Shown: piece by piece, positions 44,091 to 52,343 of the stretch
How the letters are laid out: every line of letters begins with the position of its first letter
How positions within the stretch are numbered: position 1 is the stretch's first letter
Source: Candidatus Scatocola faecigallinarum
Lineage (GTDB): Bacteria > Pseudomonadota > Alphaproteobacteria > RF32 > CAG-239
Assembly (NCBI GenBank): GCA_018713605.1
Contig: DVOM01000018.1
Span: 6,557-70,556, forward strand
DNA: 64,000 bases
Direction of reading: 5' to 3'
Notes under the pieces: generated by a model
Seen by the model: the letters and a program-made list of their open reading frames with translations, nothing else
Databases searched by the model: none
What the model was told of the DNA's origin: nothing
Made by a program: the position numbers and the translations under genes

Positions 44091-44333
44091 ATGAACAGAG
44101 AAATTACGAAAGCTCAGGTCAGAAACGAGTTTTACAAAGATTTTGGTTTTGCGCTTTGGCTGGAACGTCGCGGCCGGCGGCAAAAACTGGTAAAAGCCGC
44201 GCAGCGTTCCAATCTTCCGCAAGGGCTGATTGACCGAATGGAAAGAGGCTGCTGCCGAGACCTTTATAAGTTTTTCAGGCTTTGCGCCTATTATCAGAAG
44301 AAGATAAAAATTACGCTGGTTGACGAAACTTAA
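44091..44333 (+). CDS. Small XRE-like helix-turn-helix protein
   Basis: Start set to ATG 44091, 6 nt after AAGGAG (the ORF track starts at 44076). LWLERRGRRQKLVKAAQRSNLPQGLIDRMERG is HTH-like. Confidence 0.55.
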   Translation: MNREITKAQVRNEFYKDFGFALWLERRGRRQKLVKAAQRSNLPQGLIDRMERGCCRDLYKFFRLCAYYQKKIKITLVDET

Positions 44334-44341
44334 AAAAAAAC

Positions 44342-44365
44342 AAAGCCCTCTTTGCGGAGGGCTTT
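44342..44365. terminator. Hairpin terminator between convergent genes (strong on the minus strand)
   Basis: AAAGCCCTC-tttgcg-GAGGGCTTT. Read on the minus strand it is followed by GTTTTTTTTT. Confidence 0.8.
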
Positions 44366-44370
44366 AATAT

Positions 44371-44682
44371 TTAATTTCTTGCAAAAGGGTCATAATAGCG
44401 GTTGGCGTTAATGGCATTTCTTTGTTGTTCGGTAAAGCGGCTGCGGTTTTTATATAACTCTTTATATTTCTTGTCTAATGTGTCTTCCGTATAGAGATTG
44501 GCAAAGTTGTTATATAAGTCAAAACGCTGGTGCGGGCCAATCTGCCTGCCTTTTGCTTCGGCACGCTGAATGTAAAGTTCGGCCAGCAGGCTGATGACTT
44601 CCTTGTGCTCTTTGGAAAGCTGGAAATACATTTTGCGGGGCTGTTCGCGGCGGAGAGGTTTATTATACTGGGTCGGGGTCAT
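44371..44682 (-). CDS. Hypothetical small basic protein, possibly ribbon-helix-helix-like
   Basis: 103-aa ORF. KMYFQLSKEHKEVISLLAELY has a beta-strand plus helix pattern like CopG/Arc. This is a weak assignment. Confidence 0.5.
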   Translation of the reverse strand: MTPTQYNKPLRREQPRKMYFQLSKEHKEVISLLAELYIQRAEAKGRQIGPHQRFDLYNNFANLYTEDTLDKKYKELYKNRSRFTEQQRNAINANRYYDPFARN

Positions 44683-44831
44683 AATGTTGTCTCCTTGAAA
44701 AGTTGATTATGGCGTAAATATATCATATTTGGAAAATTTTGTCAAATATTTGTATAAACTTGTTTCCGCATTTCAGAAAAAACCCCTTAACCGTGAGGTT
44801 AAGGGGTTTTTGTTCGGTTTGGGGAGGGAGC

Positions 44832-47800
44832 TTATTCAGCGCCTTCCTTAATGGCGAATTCGGCCATATGTTCATACAGAGAACGCTTTTCCTTAACGTT
44901 TTCCTGAGCCTTGTTCAGCAGGGTCTCATAACGCTCGGGGTTCATCTTGTTGACGACCTGGAAACGCGTTTCGTTGGACATATAATCGGACAGCGGCTTG
45001 CTCGGCGCTTTGGAATCCAAAGTCAACGGCGCTTTGCCCTGAGCGATGTTTTCCGGATTGTAACGGTACAGCGGCCAAGAACCGGTGTCGACGGCGGATT
45101 TCTGGTGTTCCAGACCGTCGGCAAGGTTGAAGCCCTGAGCGATACAGTGCGAGTAGGCGATGACGATGGACGGGCCGTCATAAGCCTCGGCCTCGTTCAA
45201 AGCCTTAATCAGCTGCGTATCGTTGGCGCCGAAAGCAACCTGAGCGACATAGACGTTGCCGTAAGACATGGCAATCATGCCCAGATCTTTCTTCGGCAGA
45301 GCCTTGCCGGCCGTAGCGAATTTCGCGGAAGCGCCCATCGGGGTCGCTTTGGACTGCTGGCCGCCGGTGTTGGAGTAAACGCCCGTATCCATAACCAGGA
45401 TATTGATGTTTTTGCCGGAAGCGATGGCATGGTCCAGACCGCCAAAGCCGATGTCGTATGCCCAGCCGTCGCCGCCCAGAATCCATACCGACTTCTTAAT
45501 CAGGTAGTCGGCCAGTTTGGACAGGGACTTGGCTTCTTCCGTACCGATGCCGGCCAGCTTGTCGCGCAGAGCTTTGACATTGGCGCGCTGGTCGTCGATT
45601 TCGACGTCGGTAGACTGCGGATTGCTCAGAATCTTGTCTGCCAGTTCGCCGACTTTGTCCTTTAAGCCTTCAAGCAGGGTGCGGGCAAATTTGGTCTGCT
45701 GGTCAATGGAGAATCTCATGCCCAGGCCGAATTCGGCGTTGTCTTCAAACAGCGAGTTTGCCCAAGCCGGACCGTGGCCTTTTTCGTCCTTGGTGTAAGG
45801 CGTGGTCGGCAGGTTGCCGGAGTAAATCGAAGAACAGCCGGTTGCATTGGCAACGACCATGCGGTCGCCGAACAGCTGGGTCAGCAGTTTGATGTACGGC
45901 GTTTCGCCGCAGCCTGCGCAGGCGCCGGAGAATTCGAACAGCGGCTGAATCATCTGCGTGGTTTTCGGCAGGTTCTTGGCAACTTCGGTACGCTTTACGT
46001 ACGGCAGGGTTTCAAAGAACTTCCAGCAGGCCTTCTGTTCCTCCAGATGGTTTTCAATATGATCCATATTGATTGCCTTTCTGGTCGGATCGGCCTTGTT
46101 TTTGGCCGGGCAGGCGCTGACGCAGATGCCGCAGCCGGTGCAGTCTTCGGGAGACATCTGCCAGATGAACTGTTTGCCGGCAAATTCCTTGCCTTTGTAC
46201 GGCGCAGACTTAAAGCCCTGCGGCGCGTTTTTCAGTTCGGCCTCGTCGGCAACTTTCATGCGGATAACGCCATGCGGGCAGACCAGCGAGCATTTGCCGC
46301 ACTGAATACAGGTATTGGGATCCCAAACCGGAATTTCGGTGGCAATGCAGCGCTTTTCGTATTTGGTCGTGCCGGTCGGCCAGGTGCCGTCGACAACCGG
46401 TTCAAAAGCGGAAACCGGAAGCTCGTTGCCGCGGTCGGCGATAATTTCGCCGGTAACCTTTCTGACAAATTCCGGAGCATCGGCCGGAACCGGAAGCTGA
46501 CGGTGGAATTTGGAGGTAACGGAAGACGGATATTCGACCTTGTGCAGATGTTCCAGAGAAGCGTCAACAGCCTGGAAGTTTTTCTGAACAATGGCGTCGC
46601 CTTTTTTGCTGTAGGTTTTCTTAATGGCGTTCTTAATCTGGGCAATGGCCTCGTCCTTGGGCAGGATGTTGGAAATTGCGAAGAAGCAGGTCTGCATAAC
46701 GGTGTTGATGCGCTGACCCATGCCGGTTTCGCGGGCAACTTCGACCGCGTTGATGGTGTAGAAGTTCAGCTTTTTGCTGATGATTTCTTCCTGAACTTCG
46801 ATCGGGAGATGATCCCATACTTCCTCGGCCTTGTACGGCGCGTTCAGCAGGAAGGTTGCGCCCGGTTTGGCAATTTTCAGAATGTCAACCTTGCTCATGA
46901 ACGGGAACTGGTGGCAGGCGACAAAGTCGGCCTTGTTAATCAGATAAGCGGCCTTGATCGGATTATCCGAAAAACGCAGGTGCGACGTCGTCATCGAACC
47001 GGATTTGCGGGAATCGTAAACGAAGTAGCCCTGACCGTACTTGCCGGCGTCTTCGGCAATAATCTTAATCGAGTTTTTGTTGGCGCCGACGGTGCCGTCA
47101 GCACCCAGACCGAAGAATACGGCGCGGACGACGTCTTTGGGCTCGGTGTCAATCGAATCGTCGAACGGCAGCGAGGTCTTGCTGACGTCGTCGGTAATGC
47201 CGACAGAGAAGCCGTTGAGCGGTTTGGCAGCAGCGCCGTTGTCATAAACGGCCTTGACCATGCCCGGCGTAAATTCTTTGGAGGACAGGCCGTAGCGACC
47301 GCCGTAGATACGCGGCATCGAAGCGATTTCATTGTTGGCAAAAGCCTGAGTCAGCGTAGCGACGACGTCCAGATACAGCGGTTCGCCGATGGAGCCGGAT
47401 TCTTTGGTACGGTCCAGAACGTTGACGACCTTAACCGACTTCGGCAGAGCCTTCAGGAAGGATTTGGTCGGGAACGGACGGTACAGACGGACTTTAACCA
47501 GGCCGTATTTGCCGCCGTTTGCATTGAGGTAATTGATGGTTTCTTCAACCGTTTCGGCACCGGAACCCATGATGACGATGACCTGTTCGGCATCGGCAGC
47601 ACCGACATAGTCAACAACATTGTATTTGCGGCCGGAGATTTTGGCAAACTTGTCCATTTCTTCCTGAACAATGCCTTCAACCTTGTTATAGAACGGGTTG
47701 CAGGCTTCGCGGCCCTGGAAGAAGACGTCCGGGTTCTGCGCGGTACCGCGGATGACCGGCGCTTCCGGACGCAGAGCGTGTTCGGCGTTGAACCGGTAGT

Positions 47801-48398
47801 TTACGCTTTCAAGCATGGCGCGAAGGTCGTCGTCGGACAAAAGTTTGATTTTCTTGATTTCGTGCGAAGTGCGGAAACCGTCAAAGAAGTGCATAAACGG
47901 AACGCGGGAACGCAGCGTGGAAGTCTGGGCAATGGCCGCGAAATCGTGGGCTTCCTGAACAGAGTTGGAGCACAGCATGGCAAAGCCGGTCTGACGGCAG
48001 GACATGACGTCGGTGTGGTCTCCGAAGATGGACAGCGCATGGTAAGCCAGAGAACGGGCGGCAACGTGCATGACGAACGGCGAAAGTTCGCCGGCGATTT
48101 TGTACATGTTCGGAATCATCAGGAGCAGACCCTGCGAAGCGGTAAAGGTGGTGGTCAGGGCACCGGCCTGGATTGAACCGTGGCAGGCGCCGGCGGCACC
48201 GGCTTCGGACTGCATTTCCTGAACTTCGGGAACAACGCCCCAGAGGTTCTTCTGTTTGGCAGCAGACCACGCATCGGCCCATTCGCCCATCGGAGACGAC
48301 GGGGTAATCGGGTAAATTACGCAGACTTCATTCATGCGGTGGGCAACGGAAGCAGCGGCTTCGTTACCGTCCATCATTTTCATCTTAACGTCAGACAT
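44832..48398 (-). CDS. nifJ: Pyruvate:ferredoxin (flavodoxin) oxidoreductase
   Basis: 1188 aa. N-terminus MDGNEAAASVAHRMNEVCVIYPITPSSPMGEW. Two 4Fe-4S motifs, CIQCGKCSLVCPH and CTGCGICVSACP. TPP-domain GGDGWAYDIGFGGLDH. Confidence 0.95.
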   Translation of the reverse strand: MSDVKMKMMDGNEAAASVAHRMNEVCVIYPITPSSPMGEWADAWSAAKQKNLWGVVPEVQEMQSEAGAAGACHGSIQAGALTTTFTASQGLLLMIPNMYKIAGELSPFVMHVAARSLAYHALSIFGDHTDVMSCRQTGFAMLCSNSVQEAHDFAAIAQTSTLRSRVPFMHFFDGFRTSHEIKKIKLLSDDDLRAMLESVNYRFNAEHALRPEAPVIRGTAQNPDVFFQGREACNPFYNKVEGIVQEEMDKFAKISGRKYNVVDYVGAADAEQVIVIMGSGAETVEETINYLNANGGKYGLVKVRLYRPFPTKSFLKALPKSVKVVNVLDRTKESGSIGEPLYLDVVATLTQAFANNEIASMPRIYGGRYGLSSKEFTPGMVKAVYDNGAAAKPLNGFSVGITDDVSKTSLPFDDSIDTEPKDVVRAVFFGLGADGTVGANKNSIKIIAEDAGKYGQGYFVYDSRKSGSMTTSHLRFSDNPIKAAYLINKADFVACHQFPFMSKVDILKIAKPGATFLLNAPYKAEEVWDHLPIEVQEEIISKKLNFYTINAVEVARETGMGQRINTVMQTCFFAISNILPKDEAIAQIKNAIKKTYSKKGDAIVQKNFQAVDASLEHLHKVEYPSSVTSKFHRQLPVPADAPEFVRKVTGEIIADRGNELPVSAFEPVVDGTWPTGTTKYEKRCIATEIPVWDPNTCIQCGKCSLVCPHGVIRMKVADEAELKNAPQGFKSAPYKGKEFAGKQFIWQMSPEDCTGCGICVSACPAKNKADPTRKAINMDHIENHLEEQKACWKFFETLPYVKRTEVAKNLPKTTQMIQPLFEFSGACAGCGETPYIKLLTQLFGDRMVVANATGCSSIYSGNLPTTPYTKDEKGHGPAWANSLFEDNAEFGLGMRFSIDQQTKFARTLLEGLKDKVGELADKILSNPQSTDVEIDDQRANVKALRDKLAGIGTEEAKSLSKLADYLIKKSVWILGGDGWAYDIGFGGLDHAIASGKNINILVMDTGVYSNTGGQQSKATPMGASAKFATAGKALPKKDLGMIAMSYGNVYVAQVAFGANDTQLIKALNEAEAYDGPSIVIAYSHCIAQGFNLADGLEHQKSAVDTGSWPLYRYNPENIAQGKAPLTLDSKAPSKPLSDYMSNETRFQVVNKMNPERYETLLNKAQENVKEKRSLYEHMAEFAIKEGAE

Positions 48399-48704
48399 AT
48401 ATTTTTATCCTTGTATGGTTAACATAGAAAAGGCCCTCGGATTAAGACGATTTTATGCCTAATCTTCCGGCCTCGGGTTACTTTAAATAGAATCTTATGT
48501 ACGCGTTTTATAGCACTTTATTTTTTTAAATGCCAGCAAAAAAGATTCAATCCGGGCAGGGTCTTGATAAGTCGGAAATATCCGGTTTTGTTGATTTGTT
48601 TTGTATAGACAAAAGCGGCTGGCCGTGTTATGTCAAAAAGCCTGTAGATGATTATTGTGCGGTTGAGAGAATAAATATTATTGTTTAACTTAAATTCGTT
48701 GTAT

Positions 48705-49259
48705 ATGAATGATTTGATTATTATGGTCGCAATGTTGGCCGTGTTTGGCATCTGGCTGCTGTTTCATCGTCTGAAAAACCGAAGACCCGCTGACGATGAT
48801 CCCGGCGGTAAAGACTTTGTCCTGACAAGAGAGCAAGTTGAAGAACTTAACCGGCAGCGCGCGGAGAAAGAGATTGTATTGCCGTCGGCGCCCGCGGAAG
48901 AAAAACGTTCCGTTTCGGAACCTTCTGCCGCGGAGCCTGTTCCGGAAAAGCTTTCGGCGCCGGCAGGCGGAAGGGAAAAGCAATCCGGGGTACTTACGGA
49001 GGCGGATTTGTGGAACCAGTGGGTTGCCAGAACCGGCGATTATCGTCTGTCGAAAGACGCAATTGCGGCTGCGGCGGGGCATTTGACGCCCGAACAGGCG
49101 CTGACGCTCTGCAAGCGGTATCAGAAACAGCATCCGCAGCTTTATGCCGGCATTCGGAAATACGCCGACTGGTATGAGCGTTCCGAACCGGCGGCAAAAA
49201 TCATCGGCCTGCGTATGGAGGCGCTGATGAAGCAGGGCGGCATTATCCGCCGCCGCTGA
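48705..49259 (+). CDS. Hypothetical protein with an N-terminal TM anchor
   Basis: Start set to ATG 48705 (MNDLIIMVAMLAVFGIWLLF). Followed by a strong terminator. Confidence 0.6.
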   Translation: MNDLIIMVAMLAVFGIWLLFHRLKNRRPADDDPGGKDFVLTREQVEELNRQRAEKEIVLPSAPAEEKRSVSEPSAAEPVPEKLSAPAGGREKQSGVLTEADLWNQWVARTGDYRLSKDAIAAAAGHLTPEQALTLCKRYQKQHPQLYAGIRKYADWYERSEPAAKIIGLRMEALMKQGGIIRRR

Positions 49260-49280
49260 TTTTGCGGGACATTCAAAAAA

Positions 49281-49317
49281 AAGACAGCTGCCTGAAAACC
49301 CGGCTGTCTTTTTTTTG
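49281..49317 (+). terminator. Intrinsic terminator
   Basis: AAGACAGC-14 nt-GCTGTCTT followed by TTTTTT. Confidence 0.8.
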
Positions 49318-49410
49318 TCTAGACAGTCGGAGGGGAATGTGGTATATTGCGCACAATCAGCTAAGACTTTGAGAATGTATCATTATAAATTAACCAAAAA
49401 AAATTCAGTT

Positions 49411-49995
49411 ATGAAAAATTATCCTACAATTCTTTGGGCGAACGATGCGCTGAAAAAGGGAAGTTTCAGTTTCGTATGTGACGAAAATCTGATGCGTTTG
49501 CGGCATGAGCTTTCGGATTTTTGCGAGGAAGCTTATATCGAATACGCGGTTTTGCGGGAGAAAGACGGATTTCGGCGCTGTCTGCGGGAAGAAGGCCGTT
49601 TCTTCTCGGCTCTGGCGGTTATTGCCGAAAATATGCCGATGCTGCTTATGAATGACGATTTGCGGGAATTTCTCGGTCATATGTATCAGGAACCGGGCGT
49701 TTATTTCCAGGGCATGGTTGCGGTTTTGCAGGCTTGCGGAATCAGGGAAACCTATATTGCCGGGTTTGCCAATCTGCATATCGGCGAACCCGAAGTCAGA
49801 AACTGGTGCAAAGCGCATTTCGGCGTCTGCAATGCCGACGAGCTGTTTGCCGCCGTGAAGAAGGAGATGCCGTTGCCGGATCTGGAGCTCGTCAACCTGT
49901 GCCGTCCGCGTCATGGTTCGTGGCTGTTTTGTCTGGTGTTCTTCGTTTTGGGGCTGTTTATCGGCATGACGCTTTTAAGCGGCCTGCTGGCATAG
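49411..49995 (+). CDS. Hypothetical tail-anchored protein
   Basis: The track start at 49315 lies inside the preceding terminator, so I use ATG 49411 (MKNYPTILW); ATG 49375 is also possible. C-terminal TM WLFCLVFFVLGLFIGMTLLSGLL. Confidence 0.6.
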   Translation: MKNYPTILWANDALKKGSFSFVCDENLMRLRHELSDFCEEAYIEYAVLREKDGFRRCLREEGRFFSALAVIAENMPMLLMNDDLREFLGHMYQEPGVYFQGMVAVLQACGIRETYIAGFANLHIGEPEVRNWCKAHFGVCNADELFAAVKKEMPLPDLELVNLCRPRHGSWLFCLVFFVLGLFIGMTLLSGLLA

Positions 49996-50013
49996 CCGGG
50001 AAGAGAATTTAAA

Positions 50014-50049
50014 AGAGCGGGAAGGCGTGCGGACTTCCCGCTCTTTTTT
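50014..50049 (+). terminator. Intrinsic terminator
   Basis: AGAGCGGGAAG-gcgtgcgga-CTTCCCGCTCT followed by TTTTT. Confidence 0.85.
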
Positions 50050-50132
50050 GTGCAATAGTCCTAAAAGGCTTGAAGTTTTAAAGGTTTAATTTATATTGTT
50101 TATCAGTTAAAACTTATTTCAGGAGAAAGTTC

Positions 50133-50480
50133 ATGAGAAAACTGTTTGCCGTTTTGGCCGTATCGACCGCCGTTCTGACCGCATATAGCGCCGGCGCTGA
50201 CTTTAATTTGGTTGAAGAGGCGCAGAAGATTCAGAACAAGCAGGACGAACTGACCAAGAAAGTTGCCGACGCAAAAGCCGAGGCGGCCAGAAAATATGAG
50301 GCTCAAAAAGCCGAACGCGAAGCCAAGGCTGCCGAACAAAAAGCCGAAAGAGAGGCAAAAGCTGCCGAGCAGAAAGCCAAATATGAAGCCAAAAAAGCCG
50401 AGATAGAGGCAAAGAGAGCCGAACAGCAGCAAAAAATCGACGAAAAGAAAAAAGCTCTGGACACTCTGTTTGCAAAGTAA
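50133..50480 (+). CDS. Secreted Ala/Lys/Glu-rich helical repeat protein
   Basis: RBS CAGGAGA. Signal peptide MRKLFAVLAVSTAVLTAYSAGA. Repeats KAEREAKAAEQ x2, then KAKYEAKKAEIEAKRAEQQQK. Confidence 0.75.
   Translation: MRKLFAVLAVSTAVLTAYSAGADFNLVEEAQKIQNKQDELTKKVADAKAEAARKYEAQKAEREAKAAEQKAEREAKAAEQKAKYEAKKAEIEAKRAEQQQKIDEKKKALDTLFAK
50308..50373 (+). repeat. Tandem 33-nt coding repeat (2 units)
   Basis: AAAGCCGAACGCGAAGCCAAGGCTGCCGAACAA / AAAGCCGAAAGAGAGGCAAAAGCTGCCGAGCAG. The peptide is identical (KAEREAKAAEQ) and the units differ only at synonymous positions. Confidence 0.85.
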
Positions 50481-50485
50481 AAAAA

Positions 50486-50779
50486 ATGAAGAAAATATTT
50501 CTGATGACAATGCTGTTTTTGAACGTTTCGGCCTGCAGCGGCATGGCTCCTTTTCCCGAAGAGGACAAAACGCCGCTGACGCCGCAGGGGCGTTTGAACG
50601 CCTGTATTTTGGAACAGGCCAGGACCAAGGCCGCGGATCCGGAAACTTTCAGCAACGTTGACCTTGCCGCCAATCAGGTTGCCAATTACTGTATCCGCAG
50701 TCTGGATATGCTGGACAGCGGCTTGTACCGCCAGTCGGTTGTCAATGCAACCTCAATTATAAATTCGTATAATCAATGA
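50486..50779 (+). CDS. Small lipoprotein
   Basis: Signal peptide with lipobox LNVSAC; 97 aa. Confidence 0.7.
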   Translation: MKKIFLMTMLFLNVSACSGMAPFPEEDKTPLTPQGRLNACILEQARTKAADPETFSNVDLAANQVANYCIRSLDMLDSGLYRQSVVNATSIINSYNQ

Positions 50780-50869
50780 GTAAGCGGAAGTGTTGTCAAA
50801 ATGGCGGTGCTTTTGTTAAAAAGATGTTGATTAATTGGCAGATGCGTTTATAGTATGAATGTTTCTGCC

Positions 50870-50943
50870 GCGGGTATAATTCAATGGTAGAATGAGAGCT
50901 TCCCAAGCTTTTAATGCGGGTTCGATTCCCGTTACCCGCTCCA
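50870..50943 (+). tRNA. tRNA-Gly (anticodon CCC) with encoded CCA
   Basis: Hand-folded. Acceptor GCGGGTA/TACCCGC, anticodon loop TTCCCAA, T arm with TTCGATT loop, discriminator T, then CCA. Confidence 0.92.
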
Positions 50944-50950
50944 TAACAAA

Positions 50951-50978
50951 GCCCGCCCATCGAAGGCGGGTTTTGTTG
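50951..50978 (+). terminator. Intrinsic terminator after tRNA-Gly
   Basis: CCCGCC-catcgaa-GGCGGG followed by TTTTGTTG. Confidence 0.75.
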
Positions 50979-51181
50979 TGATTACGGACGGGAATATTTT
51001 CGTCCGCAGGACAAATGCAAGCGGTTTAATTTAATTGATTTTCTATGGGCAGTATTCTACACTGGATTGCGGTTGCAAAATGCGGTAAAGCTTGAAGCTG
51101 CAGGCCGTTTTTGTTGCATTCAGGCGTTTTCAGGCTTTGCAGTAACCGTTTTTTCTGAAGATACAAACAGAGTGAGGAATA

Positions 51182-51766
51182 ATGAGAAAAGACTTTTATG
51201 TTTTCCGGCACGGAGAAACGGAACTGAACCGGCAGAAGCGTTGGCAGGGTTCCGGCACGGACTGTGATTTGAACGCGGCCGGGGTCAGGCAGGCGGAAGA
51301 ACTTTTGGAAAAGTTCCGCGGCAAAAAGCTTGAAGTCATTTTCTCAAGTCCGCTTATTCGTGCCCGGCATACGGCCGAGGTGGTTGCCGGCGGTTTGGGG
51401 CTGCCGGTAATCGTACGCGAGAATCTTCGCGAATGTTTTTATGGCGAAGCCGAAGGGCGGCCGATTGCCGATTTGGCGGAGAGCTGTCCCGAAATATTGA
51501 ACAATTGGTATAATTCCGCCGAAAAATATCTGGACATCCGTTTCCCGGGCGGCGAGAGCAAAAAAGAGGCTTGCGACCGCGTATTGAAAGAACTTGATGC
51601 TTTGGCCGCTGAGCCGTATCAGGTTGTCGGAGCTGCCATTCACGGCGGGACCATGGGGCAGTTGCTTAATTATTATCATGTCCCTTATGACAAGATTCCC
51701 AATTGTGCCGCTTTGCATTTGGTTTATGAGGACGGCAACTGGCGTGCCGAAGGGGGAATTTTTTAA
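51182..51766 (+). CDS. Histidine phosphatase superfamily protein
   Basis: RHG motif FYVFRHGETELN. Also IFSSPLIRARHTAE and AAIHGGT. Confidence 0.8.
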   Translation: MRKDFYVFRHGETELNRQKRWQGSGTDCDLNAAGVRQAEELLEKFRGKKLEVIFSSPLIRARHTAEVVAGGLGLPVIVRENLRECFYGEAEGRPIADLAESCPEILNNWYNSAEKYLDIRFPGGESKKEACDRVLKELDALAAEPYQVVGAAIHGGTMGQLLNYYHVPYDKIPNCAALHLVYEDGNWRAEGGIF

Positions 51767-52341
51767 TGCGGAAGGACGTATATTTATTTAGGCACGGGCA
51801 AACCGATGCCAACAAGGAGCACCGCTGGCAGGGGTGCGGCATTAATCTTTCCTTGAACGAGGAGGGGCGGGTTCAGGCGTTTTCGGTTCTGGAAAAGCTG
51901 AGAAACGCCGGTTTGGAATGCATTTTTTCTTCGCCGTTGAAGCGGGCTTTGGAGACGGCCGAAATTGTTGCCGGAGCTTTAAATCTGCCGGTTAAAGTCC
52001 GGGAAGAGTTTCGGGAAGGCTGTTTCGGCGAAGCGGAGGGAATTACGACGGCCGAGCTTGACGAACTGTGGCCGGATATCAGCAACCGTTGGAAAAATCC
52101 CGAGGAACTTGACGTCGGTTATCCGGGCGGCGAAACCAAACGGCAGATTCAGGAAAGAATGTTTGTTGCGCTGAATACGCTGCTGGACGAAGATTATGAC
52201 GTTTTCGGCGTAGCGACGCATGGTTCGGCGCTGCGCAATCTGCTGCATTTATTTGGGGTTGATTTGGGCAGGATTGCCAACGGAACGATTTTTCATCTGG
52301 TTTATGAAAACGGCGGCTGGCGGGCGGAAGCCTTTGATTAA
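51766..52341 (+). CDS. Histidine phosphatase superfamily protein (tandem paralog)
   Basis: VYLFRHGQTDAN, IFSSPLKRALETAE, VATHGSA. The start overlaps the upstream stop codon. Confidence 0.8.
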   Translation: MRKDVYLFRHGQTDANKEHRWQGCGINLSLNEEGRVQAFSVLEKLRNAGLECIFSSPLKRALETAEIVAGALNLPVKVREEFREGCFGEAEGITTAELDELWPDISNRWKNPEELDVGYPGGETKRQIQERMFVALNTLLDEDYDVFGVATHGSALRNLLHLFGVDLGRIANGTIFHLVYENGGWRAEAFD

Positions 52342-52343
52342 GC

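Noticed and set aside
45774-48176. 800-aa ORF on the plus strand opposite nifJ. Similar long antisense ORFs occur at 1810-3393, 4746-5987, 9922-11361, 24086-25042, 26342-27118, 33135-34094, 37376-39085, 40788-41540, 52365-53813 and 57173-58123.
   Set aside because: Each lies antisense to a gene whose sense frame carries unmistakable family motifs. Their translations are monotonous G/V/F/A/D/R-rich strings with no recognisable domains, and they lack an RBS context. They are mirror-frame artefacts of the codon usage here. Their abundance is striking but is not evidence of overlapping genes.
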